From: Vicugna vicugna
Lineage: Eukaryota
DNA length: 64,000 bases
NCBI GenBank assembly: GCA_013265495.1
Contig: MU058540.1
Span: 147,696-211,695, forward strand
Reading direction: 5' to 3'
Each line of letters starts with the position of its first letter. The first letter of the stretch is position 1. The position numbers and the translations under genes were made by a program. Below the pieces are notes generated by a model. It ran no database searches and had not been told where the DNA came from. It worked only from the letters and a program-made list of their open reading frames with translations. Shown piece by piece: positions 23,876-36,908 of this stretch.

Positions 23876-25866
23876 AAAATGTACAAACAACCCCTTCCTT
23901 AACAGTTGGAATTTTTACTTTGTAACTTCTTTTTCCTTTGAATTCATATCTTCATTTTACTCCCCCTATAGAAATGTTTTTGAGTTCCCCACCCTGGCTG
24001 TGTCCTAATAGAATGTATTTTTCTTCTTGGAAATATTTTCTTAATCCATCTATTATGTTTCTTTGCAAAAAAATTTGTTCTTAAAATGAATTTTTTATTT
24101 CTTGTTGTAAAGCTTTAAAAAGTCAGGTGGATTAAGATAATATTACAATTATTAGAGATACATGGTTGATCAAAACAATGTGAATAATACAGATTTTAGT
24201 AAATAAAAAAATAAAAAGTACAAATTTTTAAAAAGTAAAATTTAAGTGGAAATGTGTCTCTTACTGAGATGGATAGGAGCTTTATTTTGCTAACTTTATG
24301 TTGATGAAAGTTATTTATTGTGAGGACAGATTCCGGTTATATGAATTCCCTTAAAATAAATTTTAATATGAAATAACTAAAGAATTTTGTTCACATACAT
24401 AAGTGTGGGAACAGAATAAGTATGGGAATGGAAAGAATTTTGTTATAGCAACTTCACTCAATTTAAAAATATTTCTTCTTAGTTATATGCCAAAAACTCA
24501 CATAGTGAGCTATTACTAAATACCATTTTTAATAGTCCCATGACACAAATGTAGAGTTTCTTTCAATTTTGTTTTCTTCAAAACTGTTTTTACACATACC
24601 TTAGGTTCTATCACTTTCTCAATACCAAAAAGGCTTTACAAATTCTTATGAAATAACTAAAAATTATACCTGTTAGCCTTTCACTTAGAGGCAGCTTGTT
24701 TGTGAAACTTGAATTAAGTGGCAATGAGGTTAAAAAGAAACAAACAAACCCATAAAATTGAAAATGAAAATTCAGTAAGTTCTGAATAAAGACCTTTTTC
24801 CATTTTTTATGTCATTTGGAAGTGTTTTTTAAAAATACGGCAAAGAGATAGACACTTTAACGTGCTTATATAATTTCATTTCATTGTAGAAAATGATTTA
24901 TTTTCTAATTCTGTATTTGACAGATGTAGAACAATGTGCCAACATCCAAGAGGGAGAAATTAATCCAAAATAAATGAACCTAGGTTTCTAAAGTTTAAGG
25001 CATTACCTCCAAGATTGCATTTGGGAACATTTTGTTTTGTATTAATTCATAAATGGATTTCTGCTTTAAAAACCACAATTTAATCTACTTAGTGGAAATC
25101 AACAACAAAAATGAAAAGAAGATATTAGATCACCAGTAAGTGGAAATTTACATAAATTCTATTACTGATCACTATGTGCATTACTTACAGCAGAATCCAC
25201 AAGGTATTTTCATCAGATTAATCTGAATTAAGCTAGTGGGTATATGATAAAAGTAAATAAATGAGCAGAGAAATAACAGTATATCCTAAACTGGAACCCA
25301 AGTAGAAAAATGTATTTATACTATCCAATAATATTTGGTAAAAGGTAACGAAAATATTTCTCTTATGAGTCTGAATAAGTTTGACAAAACATCTATTAAA
25401 GTACCCCCAATGTGTGTTTATTTTACTCCAAAATGTAATGTTGATCTGTCAGAAATAAATGTTGAGATTTTTGCCTTCACTGCCTCAAAATCATGCAAAA
25501 TAAGAAAGTAAAGTACAGATGAGACACAAGTGAGTGGGTCTTTGTTAGTACTTAGTGCTTTGTAGCAAGTTAGTATTTCTTTACAGAATTTTTAAAAATT
25601 GAAATATTCTAATCCTGAAACAGACAAGGATCGGAACCTTGCCGTGAGTTTGTCACTGAATGAAAGAAAAAACCACCACCATCAGTATTTCTTGCCAATG
25701 CCAAGGAGCAATATTCAGTCTTAACAGTTATCAGGAGAGGAAGCATCAAAGTCATCAGATGAAAATTTGTCAGCGTCCCAGCTTCTCCACCAAGGAATTA
25801 TCTGAATCTGAAATACTGCAGCATAGGCCAAAACTCCTTCATTTCTTAAGCCACATGTCTCCCTTA

Positions 25867-26095
25867 ACTCGAGGTTACTCAACCTGCGGCATTATTGACA
25901 TTTGGAGTTGAATAATTCTTCATTGTAGGGGACTGTCCTGTGCAATGTATAATGTACACTGTAGCACCCCCCACCTCTCCCCACTAGATGCCAGTAGCAC
26001 TGATCCTCAATCCCAGCCCTTCTGTTGTGACAACCAGAAATGTCGGTAGATATTGCCAGATGTCTCCTGTGGGGCAGAATGGCTGAGGGTCATTG
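25867..26095. mobile_element. MER20 DNA transposon MITE
   Basis: ctcaacc..ggcattattgacatttgg..ataattct...ccactagatgccagtagcac...tgtgacaaccagaaatgtc. Confidence 0.85.
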
Positions 26096-27940
26096 CCCTT
26101 AATCAAAAATATACATAGATGACAAAGAAGGACATAACGCTGTGATTAAAGGAGGCTTCGTGGACACTGGTTTTTTAATGGTCCTTTTCTTTAGTACTCA
26201 GAAATATTTCATTCCCAGGTTAAAGCACGAGGATTATGTTTGGGATAGGTAAGCTGTATGCCTTTCTTGTGTAAAGCGGGAGAAAAATGATTATGAAAGG
26301 GGAGATGGGAAAAGTGTACTGTAAGAGCAGGGATAAGCACATCACTTTTCATCGTATCAAACAATGAGGAAGAAGTAATCAGTCTCTTGGGAAAGTTAAA
26401 AATTATCCAACAACCCCTTTCCAAGGGGAAAATAAAGCATATAGTAGAAGAGAAAATACTACCATGTGACATCTGTAAGCTTCTCAAACACCAAGAGTCA
26501 CCCACCTACCTATCTGTCCTGCCAAGGGCAACAACTGCCCTGTAAATCAGACGCAGCAGCCATCTCAGGCTGCAGGCTCTGCACCTTAGTGGTTCTCATA
26601 CTCCTTCCCAGTTCTCTATCAATACGGGAAAACTGACTATGCCTGACTTCAGTTCTCAGGAAGCAAGACACCTCACTAGAGTCTAAAATGAGGCTTATCA
26701 TAGATCCCAAAATCTTAGGTTTGCTAGAAGTGGGCCACAATTGTGGCTTAAAATTGTCTGACAACCAACTCCAAAAAAAAGTGTTAATAGTACTGTATAA
26801 TAAAATAAATCCAGAGAATAACTAATATGATGATAGGAGTGGAAATATCTTTCTCAAGTCCCTATAAAAAGGAAACTTGTAATTGGAAGAATCACCTCCC
26901 AACAATATTGCTTTAGGAAACCCAGTAGAGTTTCACAGACCTGTTTCTAATGGCATTGCTCAGTATAGGTAAACATCACCAAACCAAAATATAATTCTGT
27001 AACAAGAATTCTGCAGAAAGCCAACATTTTACAGAATAATAAGTACTACAATGGTTGGGGAGAAGGTAACTCAGAGCAATAAAGTGATTAACTCTTATTG
27101 ATACGAGTCAGAAAAGCTGCCTGGAGAAAGAGACCCCTGAACGGAATGTTGATAGAACTTGGAGTTTTCCAAGTAGGCAGAAGGAGGCGGACATTCTAGA
27201 CAAAGGAAACCACATGAATGTAAAGGATGGAGTCATGAATCAGCATGTTTTTTATAAAGAGCTATAATCAGATCAGCTTACTGGAGAATAAAGTAAAACA
27301 GAGAAGCAGGGGAAGGGGGCAGTAGCAAGATCAAGAAATGTTAAGAAACAAGTAAAATTACCCCAAGTTCTAAATGGAAGCATTAGGAGTAGTAATGAAG
27401 ATGAGTGAATCTGCTGAAGGCTGTCTGGGAGGTGGAATTTACACTAACTATTGAGAAATAAAATGAAGAGGGTCAAAGGAGAAGAAAGAATATAGGGTGA
27501 GTCTAAGGTTCCTGGTTCAGGAATAAATGACAGGCAGTTATCGAAATCTACTGGCCTATCTTGCACTTTGAAAGGATCTTTTAAACTCATGCATGATTCT
27601 GTAACATCATGCATTGGTCATTAGAAAATGTCAGTTCACCGAATTATGCAGTATTTTAAATGTTAACACACTTTATACAACATCAAGAAATCACCATTAA
27701 TATTGTTGATCCCATCAGAAAAAATTTTAACTATCCCACAGTAGCTTCCCAAAATTCTAATTTTCACTTGAAAGGCTAAATGTTATCATTGGCAACAGTT
27801 TCAATCAGTTGTTTTCCTTGAAGTGACCATCTCACCTTGTTCCTTTTCAAGAAAATGTCTGCCAAACCCAAGTCTGAATAACCAGTTTTCTATCGGTTTT
27901 CCAAGTGAAAAAAATTTTTTATTCTATGAAGAAAGTAGCA

Positions 27941-28080
27941 GGGCGGAAGGTGTAGCTCAGTGGTAAAGTGTGTGCTTAGCATGCATGAGGTCTTAGGGTC
28001 AGTCCCCAGTACCTCCATTTAAATAAATAAACCTAATTACCCCCCGCCGCCACAAACAATAACAGCAAAAAAAAAAGTAA
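27941..28080 (+). mobile_element. Vic-1-type SINE
   Basis: gtagctcagtggtaaagtgtgtgcttagcatgcatgaggtc...ccccagtacctcc...aataaacctaattaccccc. Confidence 0.88.
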
Positions 28081-28308
28081 TAAAAATTTTGTTTAATTTT
28101 TTTTAAGTATGGAGACAACCACCATGTTTCAAAATGCAGCAAAAGTGCTTTATGGGTACTTTTCATCACATAGAATATTTCTTAAAATGTACTCATGAAT
28201 TGAGATTTAATAAAAATAATTTTTACTGCTTCATCAAGAACATTCTCTAGTGAAACAGACTTGTTTAAAAACAGTGACTGTGTGTAGTAAAGAATACAAT
28301 GACTTCAG

Positions 28309-28449
28309 TGGAGAGGGTATAGCCCAAATGGTAGAGCGCTTGATTAGCATGCACAAGATCCTAGGTTCAATCCCCAGTATCCTTCTAAAAGTAAGTAAAC
28401 AAATAAACCTAATTACCTCCCACCCACTCCCCCTCCACAAAAAAAAAAA
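28309..28449 (+). mobile_element. Vic-1-type SINE with 18-bp TSD
   Basis: TSD aaagaatacaa(t/g)gacttc at 28289-28306 and 28447-28464. Confidence 0.9.
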
Positions 28450-31400
28450 GAATACAAGGACTTCTAATAGAGTTTGATATCATTAGCTTGATTCATGCTG
28501 AAGCACCACTTGTATAACCCACCGTTGTTTTTCCACCATCAGTATAAATGTCAACACAGTTCTTACAGGAGAAGCCATGAGATTCAAAAAAGTTTATACA
28601 ACACTGTTAATGTTTTCAGCACCCTGTGTTTGTCCTCAAACATTCACATAAAAGATCTTCAGTGTTTGGTTTGTACTGATGCTAAATGAATGCAAGCAAA
28701 ACAGTACGTCCATACTTATCTATGCATCAGTCCATCTGTAAGGCAAAGGTACAATTTTTCACATAAGGTATTGATTCAGTCCTTATGTTTGCAGTTAAAT
28801 CTTTCATTTGACAAGTTAATGTATCATTGGAAGGTGGCAGTACCATTTTTTCTTATACTGACTTTTCATCTAGCAGGCATCCGGCAATGCAACTGTATAA
28901 GGCTTACTAGTCTGTCTGCTATGGTATGAGCAACTCCAGCCAAAGCAATATGATAATGTCCTGTAAAAGGTTTTTAAAGAGTTTGTCACATCTACATTGA
29001 AAATACTTAATTCCTCTTTTTTTTTTGAACACCAAATTATTGGACCCAAAATGATGCTGCAACTTAATTGGAACCATATTAGTTTTTGAAAATGTTCTAT
29101 TGCATAAGATACAATAACGTAAATTATTAACATCTGTAAAGCTGAAGGAAATATCTTTTGATTTTTTTTATATTTACAATTTTGCCCAGTTTCTTTGAAA
29201 CATATTCTTCCTTTCCATGAATTAGAGAACTTGCTGACATGTCAGTTTCATCTTTTTCAGACATAGGCAACGTTGACAAGAGATGAGAAAGATGTGTCTT
29301 CTCATCTCCCTATTTTAAGCCAACAATCCATCCTTAAATACAAGAAAATGCATTATAAATACGTTTTCTTTTATTTTAGAATAAAACATTATTCCATTCT
29401 AAAATAATACATTTCATATAAAATTTTGAAAATTAAAAATGTTTTTGAAAAATATTTTAATATTGTTGCGAAACAAGATAAACTTAATTCTTGATGTGTT
29501 TCTGTATAGAAGCAGGAAAAACTTTGGGATTTAAAAATAATGACTTCTTGGAAGAGAATGAAATTACAGAGACTAAAGCAGATATAACTGAAGAGAGATG
29601 GTTGGAGCACAATAGAAGTACTGAGAACAAACTGAGTTAATTTCTGAAAATATAGATGTTAATATCCTAAACTCACTACCTTAGAAAATACTATACACAG
29701 CACACAATCCATTAACTATTAGAGCAATGATGTCATCACATACCGTTGTAGCCTTTGGTGAACTCTACTGTCCACATGGGAACGAAAGGGAAATAGACTA
29801 GTAACATCTTAGTATTATGAATAACTTTTACCTTGTGGATCTGCTAAAAGAAAATCAGGGATCTCCCTTTCCCAAGGGTCCTCTGACCACACCTCTGCAA
29901 AACAATAACAAACATCTTTTAAGAAATCCATGACTATAATTCTACTGCCCCTGAACAGTTTCATTTTTTCTTCTTTCCCAGATGTAGTCACCAAGCATGA
30001 AGTCAGTTTTATTATCATTGTGCCTGTTTTTAATACTTTTACTAAAATTTGTGACTCCTTAAATGTTATAAAGTATTATTTCATAGAGTTTATTTTTTAT
30101 GAAATGTTATCTATGTGTATTTGTTCAACTTTTTTTTTTAGTTTTATTCGTGTTGATAGATGTAACTCTAAGTCATCCATTAAAAGTGCTGCGTTGTGTA
30201 CTATTGAATAACTATATCACGATTTATTACAATTAATCTACTCCAGTACTGGTGGACTTCAGATTGGTTTCTAGATTGTGTTTTCTTTTTTGTGTTTCTC
30301 TTGCTTTCGTTCAGATTCACTTGTTTTTACTGCAGTGAACATTTATTTATGTACATGTCAGCTGAGACATATTTATGAGAGTTTCATTTAGGTTAATTTT
30401 TGTCATAAATTTTTCTCAAATTTCAAGAATAACTTAAAAACTAGTATTATCAGCATGAGGAAACATTTATTTGAACTTAAGCAATTTTTTAGTGTCATTT
30501 CATTCTTTTCTATTAACTTCAAATAAAACTCTTTCATCCTATTTACTTCTATCTATCTGTATATCTAGTCCCCATTATACTTAGGTGTAGAGAGAGGCCT
30601 GGAATAATACTCACCTTTTAAAATAATAATAATAAAATAATTTGATAATACTTATTTCTGAGTGGAGGAATTCAAGGGGGTTAGTTCCTTTACCTTTTGT
30701 TGTTGTAATCCACCAACCCTGGGGATTGGATCCGTAGAAGTAAAGGACTAAATGCCCAAAGCGTGCCAGCCACACCGTCTCTCACCTCATGCGCTAAGAT
30801 TCTTGCCTGCATGGAAACCTACAACCGTGGTTTAAGGAAGGAACAGGAAGGGAAGGGAAGTGGGAGGGTGGCGTGAGAAGAGACAGACATAACTTAAATT
30901 ATCCTTCCGCTGCCGCCTCTAGCTCCTCTCTGCCTTCAACTGAGGCCACCCACTCCTCATACAGAACAGTTTAAAATACCGCTTTTTGAATTGTTGTTAT
31001 TTTTGTTGTCGCTGTTGCTAGACCTTGAATTCTGTCTTCCTCTCCCTCTTGTATCCTCAGCATCATTTTTAGAGGTGCTAACCAGCAGCCCCTGCATGGA
31101 CAGCTTGTTGAACACGTGCATTTGTGTGTGTGGGCAGCAAATCTGTATTCAACAGTCATTATTTAAGCAAAGATTTTCTATTCAGTGGTTTACAATTCTT
31201 CCTAGAATTCTCTGTCTTATTTTAAATTGTTTGCATGTATTTTTTCATTTAAAAAATGATTAATATATAAAATGTGATTCAAGACTTTCAGGAACACAGC
31301 CAATCTACAAAGCCATAAAGAGAAATGTTTCCAATATCAAGAGTCCCTGACAAACAGAAATAAGTGAATATATAAATAACTAAATTTATAAACTATTAAT

Positions 31401-32201
31401 TTTTGAAAAAGAATATGAAAACAAATATATGTATATGTATGTATGACTAGGACATTATGTTGTACACCAGAAATTGACACATTGTAACTGACTATACTTT
31501 AAAAAAATACTTAAAAAATAAATGAAATAAAAATACTTTACTGCTAAAAAGTGCTAAAAAAAAAACTATTTTGATTTTTTTTCAGTAGACATAGAAAAGC
31601 ATACACTATACAATCCTGAAGTAAAATCACTGGTGAATTGTAACCTGTAGGTGTCAGCACAGACTCAACAGGAGGCAAGGAAGACATTTTCCCAAAAGAA
31701 AGTGTTTAAGTTTCTGTCTTGTTTTTCTTTCCCCTCTGTTACTCATTTGTGTTCTGGGTTCTCTGTGTCTTCCTCATAATAGCCTATAGCATATCCCAAA
31801 GCACATGTTTCTTATTATTTGATCTATTTTTAAAATATATTTTGTTCTGAATTTTATTCAGTTCATTTCCCAGTTCTGGCATTCTAGGTTTGGTCTTATT
31901 TCTCTCTAAAGTAATTTTTGTCTGTAACAGAAAACTTGGTGCTTGATTGTATACAGGCATGAACTGTTTTCAAAAGCACTCGTTTCCAAAATGAAGTGGG
32001 CACACTGCAGGAAATGCACAAAAGATCCTTTGGGGTATGGGAAGGAAATATTAGAATTTCTATTTCTATTGGTTTGGCGCCCAACTTTAAATTTTTCTAG
32101 TTATGTGTGTTATAGCGAGTATAATCGTGTGGATAATTTATGATAATTTATAAATAAATAAACATTCAAATGTAAGTATTCAAATGTTTTTTCCTGAAAG
32201 C

Positions 32202-32570
32202 TGTCTTAGTCCATCCGGGCTGCCATAACAGAATGCCAGAGCCTGGGTGGCTTATAAACAACAGAAATTTGTTTCTCACTGTTCTGGAGGCTGGGAGGTC
32301 CAAGATCAAGGTGCCAGCATGATCTCGGTCTGGTGACAGCCCTCTTCCTGGTTCAGCACTGGTGCCTCCTTACTGTGCCTGAATGGCTGAAGGGGCGAGG
32401 GAGCACAGTAAGGTCTCTTTTATAAGAACACTAATCACATTCCCGAGGGCCCCACCCTCATGACCTAAGCACCTCCCCGAAGTCTCCACCTCCTAATATC
32501 AGCACATTACACATTAGGGCTTCAACTTTATGAATTTTAGGGAGAGAGGGACACAAATATTTAGACCATA
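32202..32570. mobile_element. MLT1-type MaLR solo LTR
   Basis: tgtcttagtcc..ggctgccataaca...ctgggtggctta..aacaacagaaattt..tctcactgttctggaggctggga..tccaagatcaaggtgccagca. Confidence 0.85.
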
Positions 32571-34499
32571 GAAAGGGCTTTATGCTTTTTTTTTTTTAGG
32601 TTTGAACACTGCAGTTCAAATATATATGTGTTTAGCTTTGTCTGCATATTTAAAAAATATGCTCCTCCAGGGACTGATGGTGTCTCACTTCTTTTACTCT
32701 TGTCCAAAGGGCCTTGTATGTATAAGTGCTCATAAATATTTATTGAACTCAGCTGACATACAATTTAGTTCTTCAAACCATCAATCTAGTGGCCACCCTT
32801 TGAACATGCCTTGGAAATATTTTTATTAAAGCTAAGGATGTCTTAAAAGTTTTTAATTAAACTTCTAATTTATTAACTTCAATTAATTACTAAAAGGGCA
32901 AACAAAGACATTTTCCTTTGCACCAGCAGAAAGAAGACTTAGTGAAAATAAACTTTGATAGTCCAATGTAGAAGGTACAAATTTCCAGCTGGAAAATAAA
33001 TTTGTCGTGGAGGTGTAAGGTACAGTATGGCAACTATTGTTATAACTATAGTTAGGTATTGTATTGCATATTTAAAAGTTGCTGAGAGTGAAATTTAAAA
33101 GTTCTCAACATAGAAAAAAGAATCCATAACTATGTATGGTGATGGATGTTGACTTATTGTGGTGATCACTTTGCAGTGTATATCGAATCATTATGTTGTA
33201 CACCTGAATCTATATGATGTTATGTGTCAATTATACCTCAAAAAAAAGTAAATGTAGAAGTAATACTAAAAGACAGTAGGAAATAGAAAAGATAGGGCAA
33301 CTAGAAAGTATTAGATAAAGTCATCATCAGTGTCCTCACACTAAAGAAATGACCAGTTGCCCCAATTAATTCACATTGGTGTAATTTTTCATTCATAAGA
33401 TTAATTTGTAATTAACCCCACCAGCTTATTCATGCTTTTTAAACCTCAGTGTACTTAAGAATTCCTAGAAAGTGAGCTTCAATGCAAATCCTCAGGCTCC
33501 AGCCCCAGGGATTCTGATTTAGCAAGTGTAGGGGTGTCTAGAGATATGCATTTTCATCAAGTCCCCCAAAAGACTCTAATGCTGGTCATCTGTGATGTAA
33601 CTTTGAGGTAAATGTCCTAGTTCTGGACATTTTTTACCTTTAACTATACTTATCAGGAAACTAAATTTTTTTAAAAAATAAAATGAACTAAGAATTCAAC
33701 TCAAAAGTTAGGTAAAGAGGAACAGAACAAACCCAAGGAAAGAAGAAAGGAAATGATAAACATAAGGAAAGAGAACAATGAAATAGGGAACTAAAACCAG
33801 TAAAAGAATTAATGAAAACAAAAACTGGCCTTTGGAAAGAGCATATATATGTTGTTCCAGAAAAAAAGAATGAAGAACAAAATCTGCCCAGCTCAGTGTA
33901 TAGAAGAATTTTTATTGCAAAAATAAATAAGGAAATATACGAAAAGCAAATTTTATGTCCATGCTTTATAAAAGTAAATATAACACCTTAAGTAAAATAT
34001 TAACTAAATAGAACCAACAGTTAATATGTAACTATAGGATGATCAAATAAGATTTATCCCAAGAATGCAAAGATATTTCACATCAAAAAAATCTCTCAGT
34101 ACAATTCACTGTATTAAGAGATTAAGAGGGAGAATATATATAATGAAATAAATCAATACTGGAAAACTTGTTTTTAAATTTCAACATCTGTTTACAATTT
34201 TTTTATTTTAAAAACTCAGAAAACTAGGAATAAAAGGAAACCTACTTAATTTAGTGGAAGTTGTACTCAAAAACCTACAGCAAAGACTTCTGGGAAGTGG
34301 GAATAAACCTACATTTCTGTAGGAAGGAAGGAATATAGGAATGGACCTATCTGGGAAGATGAAATAGACCTACATTTCCCTATTCTTCCCACTAAATACA
34401 ACTAAAAACCCCAGGCACTATGTATAAAACAAACATAAGAAGACTCTGAAGGGTAAAGATAAAAAGCAGACCACCTAGGACACCAGGACCTGAGAAATG

Positions 34500-34692
34500 G
34501 CTGCCCCATCTGTGGGACGATACAAGAAGGCAGCCATCTGCAAGCCAGGAAGAGAGTTCTCACCAGACACCAAGCATGCTGGCACCCTGATCGCAGACTG
34601 CCAGCCTCCAGAACTGCGAGAAAATTAATTTCTGTTGTTTAAGCCACCCAGTCTGTGGTATTTTGTGATGGCAGCTCAAGTGGACTAATACA
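34500..34692. mobile_element. MLT1-type LTR fragment (opposite orientation to the 32202 copy)
   Basis: gccatctgcaagccaggaagagag...cagcctccagaactgcgag...tttctgttgtttaagccacccagtctgtggtattttg...gactaataca. Confidence 0.8.
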
Positions 34693-34812
34693 CATATCAA
34701 TAATTACATCAAATGTAAAGAGTCTAAACACATCAATTAAAAAAGAGATTGGTACAGTTGATTTTTAAAAGGTGAGCCCCAGATATGTGAACTACAAGAA
34801 TCGCAGTTCAAA

Positions 34813-35330
34813 TATAGTCCTACCTCATTTTACTGGACTTCACTTTATTGCACTTTGCAGATGTTGTGTTTTTTACAAATTGAAGGTTTATGGCAACCTT
34901 GCATTGAGCAAGTCTGTCAGCACCATTTTTCCAACAGCATTACTTTTAAATTAAGGTAGGTAGGTGGGGAGGGTATAGCTCAGTAGTAGAGTGTGTGATT
35001 AGCATGCATGAGGCCCTGGTTCAATCCCCAGCACCTCCATTAAAATGAATAATTAATTAATTAATTAATTAACCTAATTCCCCACCCCCAGAAAAAAGGG
35101 GGAAAATTTTTTTAAACAAAAATAAATGAAAAATAAAGTTGTGTACATTGTTGTTAGACATAATGTTATTGCACACTTAATAGACTTCAGTACAGTGTAA
35201 ATATAAATTTATATGCACTGGAACCCCCCCAAAAAAGTATGCAACTCACTTTATTATGACATTCTCTTTATTGCACTGATTTAGAACTGAGTTTGCAATA
35301 TCTCTGAGGTATGCTTGTGTAACAATACAG
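34813..35330. mobile_element. Tigger1-derived internally deleted element, containing a SINE at ~34966-35140
   Basis: Both Tigger1 ends: cctcattttact..cactttattgcactttgcag..acaaattgaaggttt and gcaatatctctgaggtatgcttg. Confidence 0.75.
34966..35140 (+). mobile_element. Vic-1-type SINE
   Basis: ggggagggtatagctcagtagtagag..ttagcatgcatgaggccctggttcaatccccag. Confidence 0.88.
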
Positions 35331-35552
35331 GTAGGTTAAAAGTAAAATGATGAAAAATATATATTATGCAATCATTAATCAAAGAAAAACATGAATGAGT
35401 ATAGAAAGTAACATACTCACTCCTACCATTCCTAGTCAACATAGTGTTAGAAGTTCTAGCTAGTGCAATAAGGCAATAAAGAAAATAAAAGATAAACTGA
35501 TTAGACAGGAAGAAATTTTTAAATACTCCTATTACCATATGACATGATTTTA

Positions 35553-35780
35553 TACAGTTGAACCCAAAACCCAATGCAAGGGTTAGGGGTGCAGACCCTC
35601 GTGCGATAGAAAATTCAAGTATAACTTTACAGTAGGCTGTCAATAAAAGCAGCTCTGCATTTGTGGGTCAACCAACTGCAGATCGTGTAGGACCAAAGTA
35701 GGTGTTCATTTATTTAAAGAAAGCTGTGTACAAGTGGACCCACGCAGTTCAAACCTGTGTTGTTCAATGGGCTACTGTAC
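35553..35780. mobile_element. MER8/Tigger2-type MITE
   Basis: tacagttgaaccc...ggttaggggtgcagaccc...gtggacccacgcagttcaaacctgtgttgttcaa..ctgta. Confidence 0.7.
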
Positions 35781-36783
35781 ACAGAAAAACCCCAAGGAGC
35801 CCACAAAAACACTCCTTGAACTAATAAGTGAGTTCAGTTAAGTTTATAGGATATGAGATAAACATAACAAAAATCAATTGTATTTCTATATACTCATAAC
35901 ACATGAATACCAAAATTAAAAATCAATATTACTTTAAATTTGTCAAAAATAAAATATTTAAGTATAAATCTAACAAAACACATGCTAAGGTTGTATGCTG
36001 AAAAGTGCAGAGCACTAATTTAAAAAATCAAAGAATATCTAAATAAATGCAGGGATATATCCTATCCATGGTTCGGAAGACTCCACATAATGAAGATGCC
36101 AATTCTCCCCAAACTGATATGCAGGTTTAATTCAATTTGTATCAAAATTCCGGCAAGATTTGTTTATTGATATAGAAAAAGTATTCTAAAATTTATATGG
36201 AAAATCAAAAGAACTAGAATAGCTAAAACAATCTTGAGGATAAAGTGGGAAGATTCAATCTTTCTGACTTCAAGACTTATATAGCTACAGTAATCAATAC
36301 TGTGTGCTACTGGAGAAGGACCAGGCACATAGATCAATGGAATAGGGCAAAGAACCCAAAAAATAGACCCACACAAATATGCCCAAGTGATTTTTGACAA
36401 AGGTGAAAAAGCAGTTCAATTGAAGAATGATCACCTTTTCGATAAATCATGCTGAACAACTGAACATCCATAGCACAAGAAGAAAAAGGAGGCGGAGGAG
36501 GAGGAGAGGAAAAAGAAACCGCTAAACCCAGGATGGATTATGGGCTAAACTGTAAAATATAAAAAAAAGTTTTTAATAGGAGAAAATCTTTAAGATCTAG
36601 AGGTAGGCAAAGTATTCTTAGAGTTGACATTAAAAACATGATCCATTAAAAAAAATGATAAATTGGACCTCATTCAAATGGAAAACTTCTGCTCTGTGAA
36701 AAACTTGTAAAAAAAAATGAAGAGATAAGCTACAGAATGGAAAACTCAACAGTAAAAATAAACACTCTAATTAGAAAATAGGT

Positions 36784-36908
36784 GGGGAGGATATAGCTCA
36801 GTGGTAGAGAGTGTGCTTAGCACGCACGGGGTCCTGGGTTCAATCCCCAGTACCGCCACTAAAAAAATAAATAAACCTAATTACCTCCCCCTACAAAACA
36901 ACAACAAC
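36784..36908 (+). mobile_element. Vic-1-type SINE with TSD agaaaatagg
   Basis: TSD at 36773-36782 and 36909-36918; A and B boxes intact. Confidence 0.92.

Larger units (their letters stand above)
27558..28560. mobile_element. Charlie1-like hAT transposon remnant hosting two SINEs
   Basis: cttgcactttgaaaggatctttt...catgcatgattctgtaacatcatgcattggtcat...gttgttttccttgaagtgac resembles Charlie1/1a as recalled. Confidence 0.7.

Noticed and set aside
23550..25860. Very AT-rich block as a special structural element
   Set aside because: Most likely a decayed DNA-transposon or other old repeat; I could not assign a family or see periodicity.
25981..25996. CTCF-like ccactagatgccag
   Set aside because: It is part of the ordinary MER20 consensus and has a mismatch in the GGC core; nothing else supports it.
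36784..36860. tRNA-Ala(AGC)-like sequences (this and the seven related copies)
   Set aside because: Each has the SINE tail, A-rich end and often TSDs, so these are retroposed SINEs, not tRNA genes.
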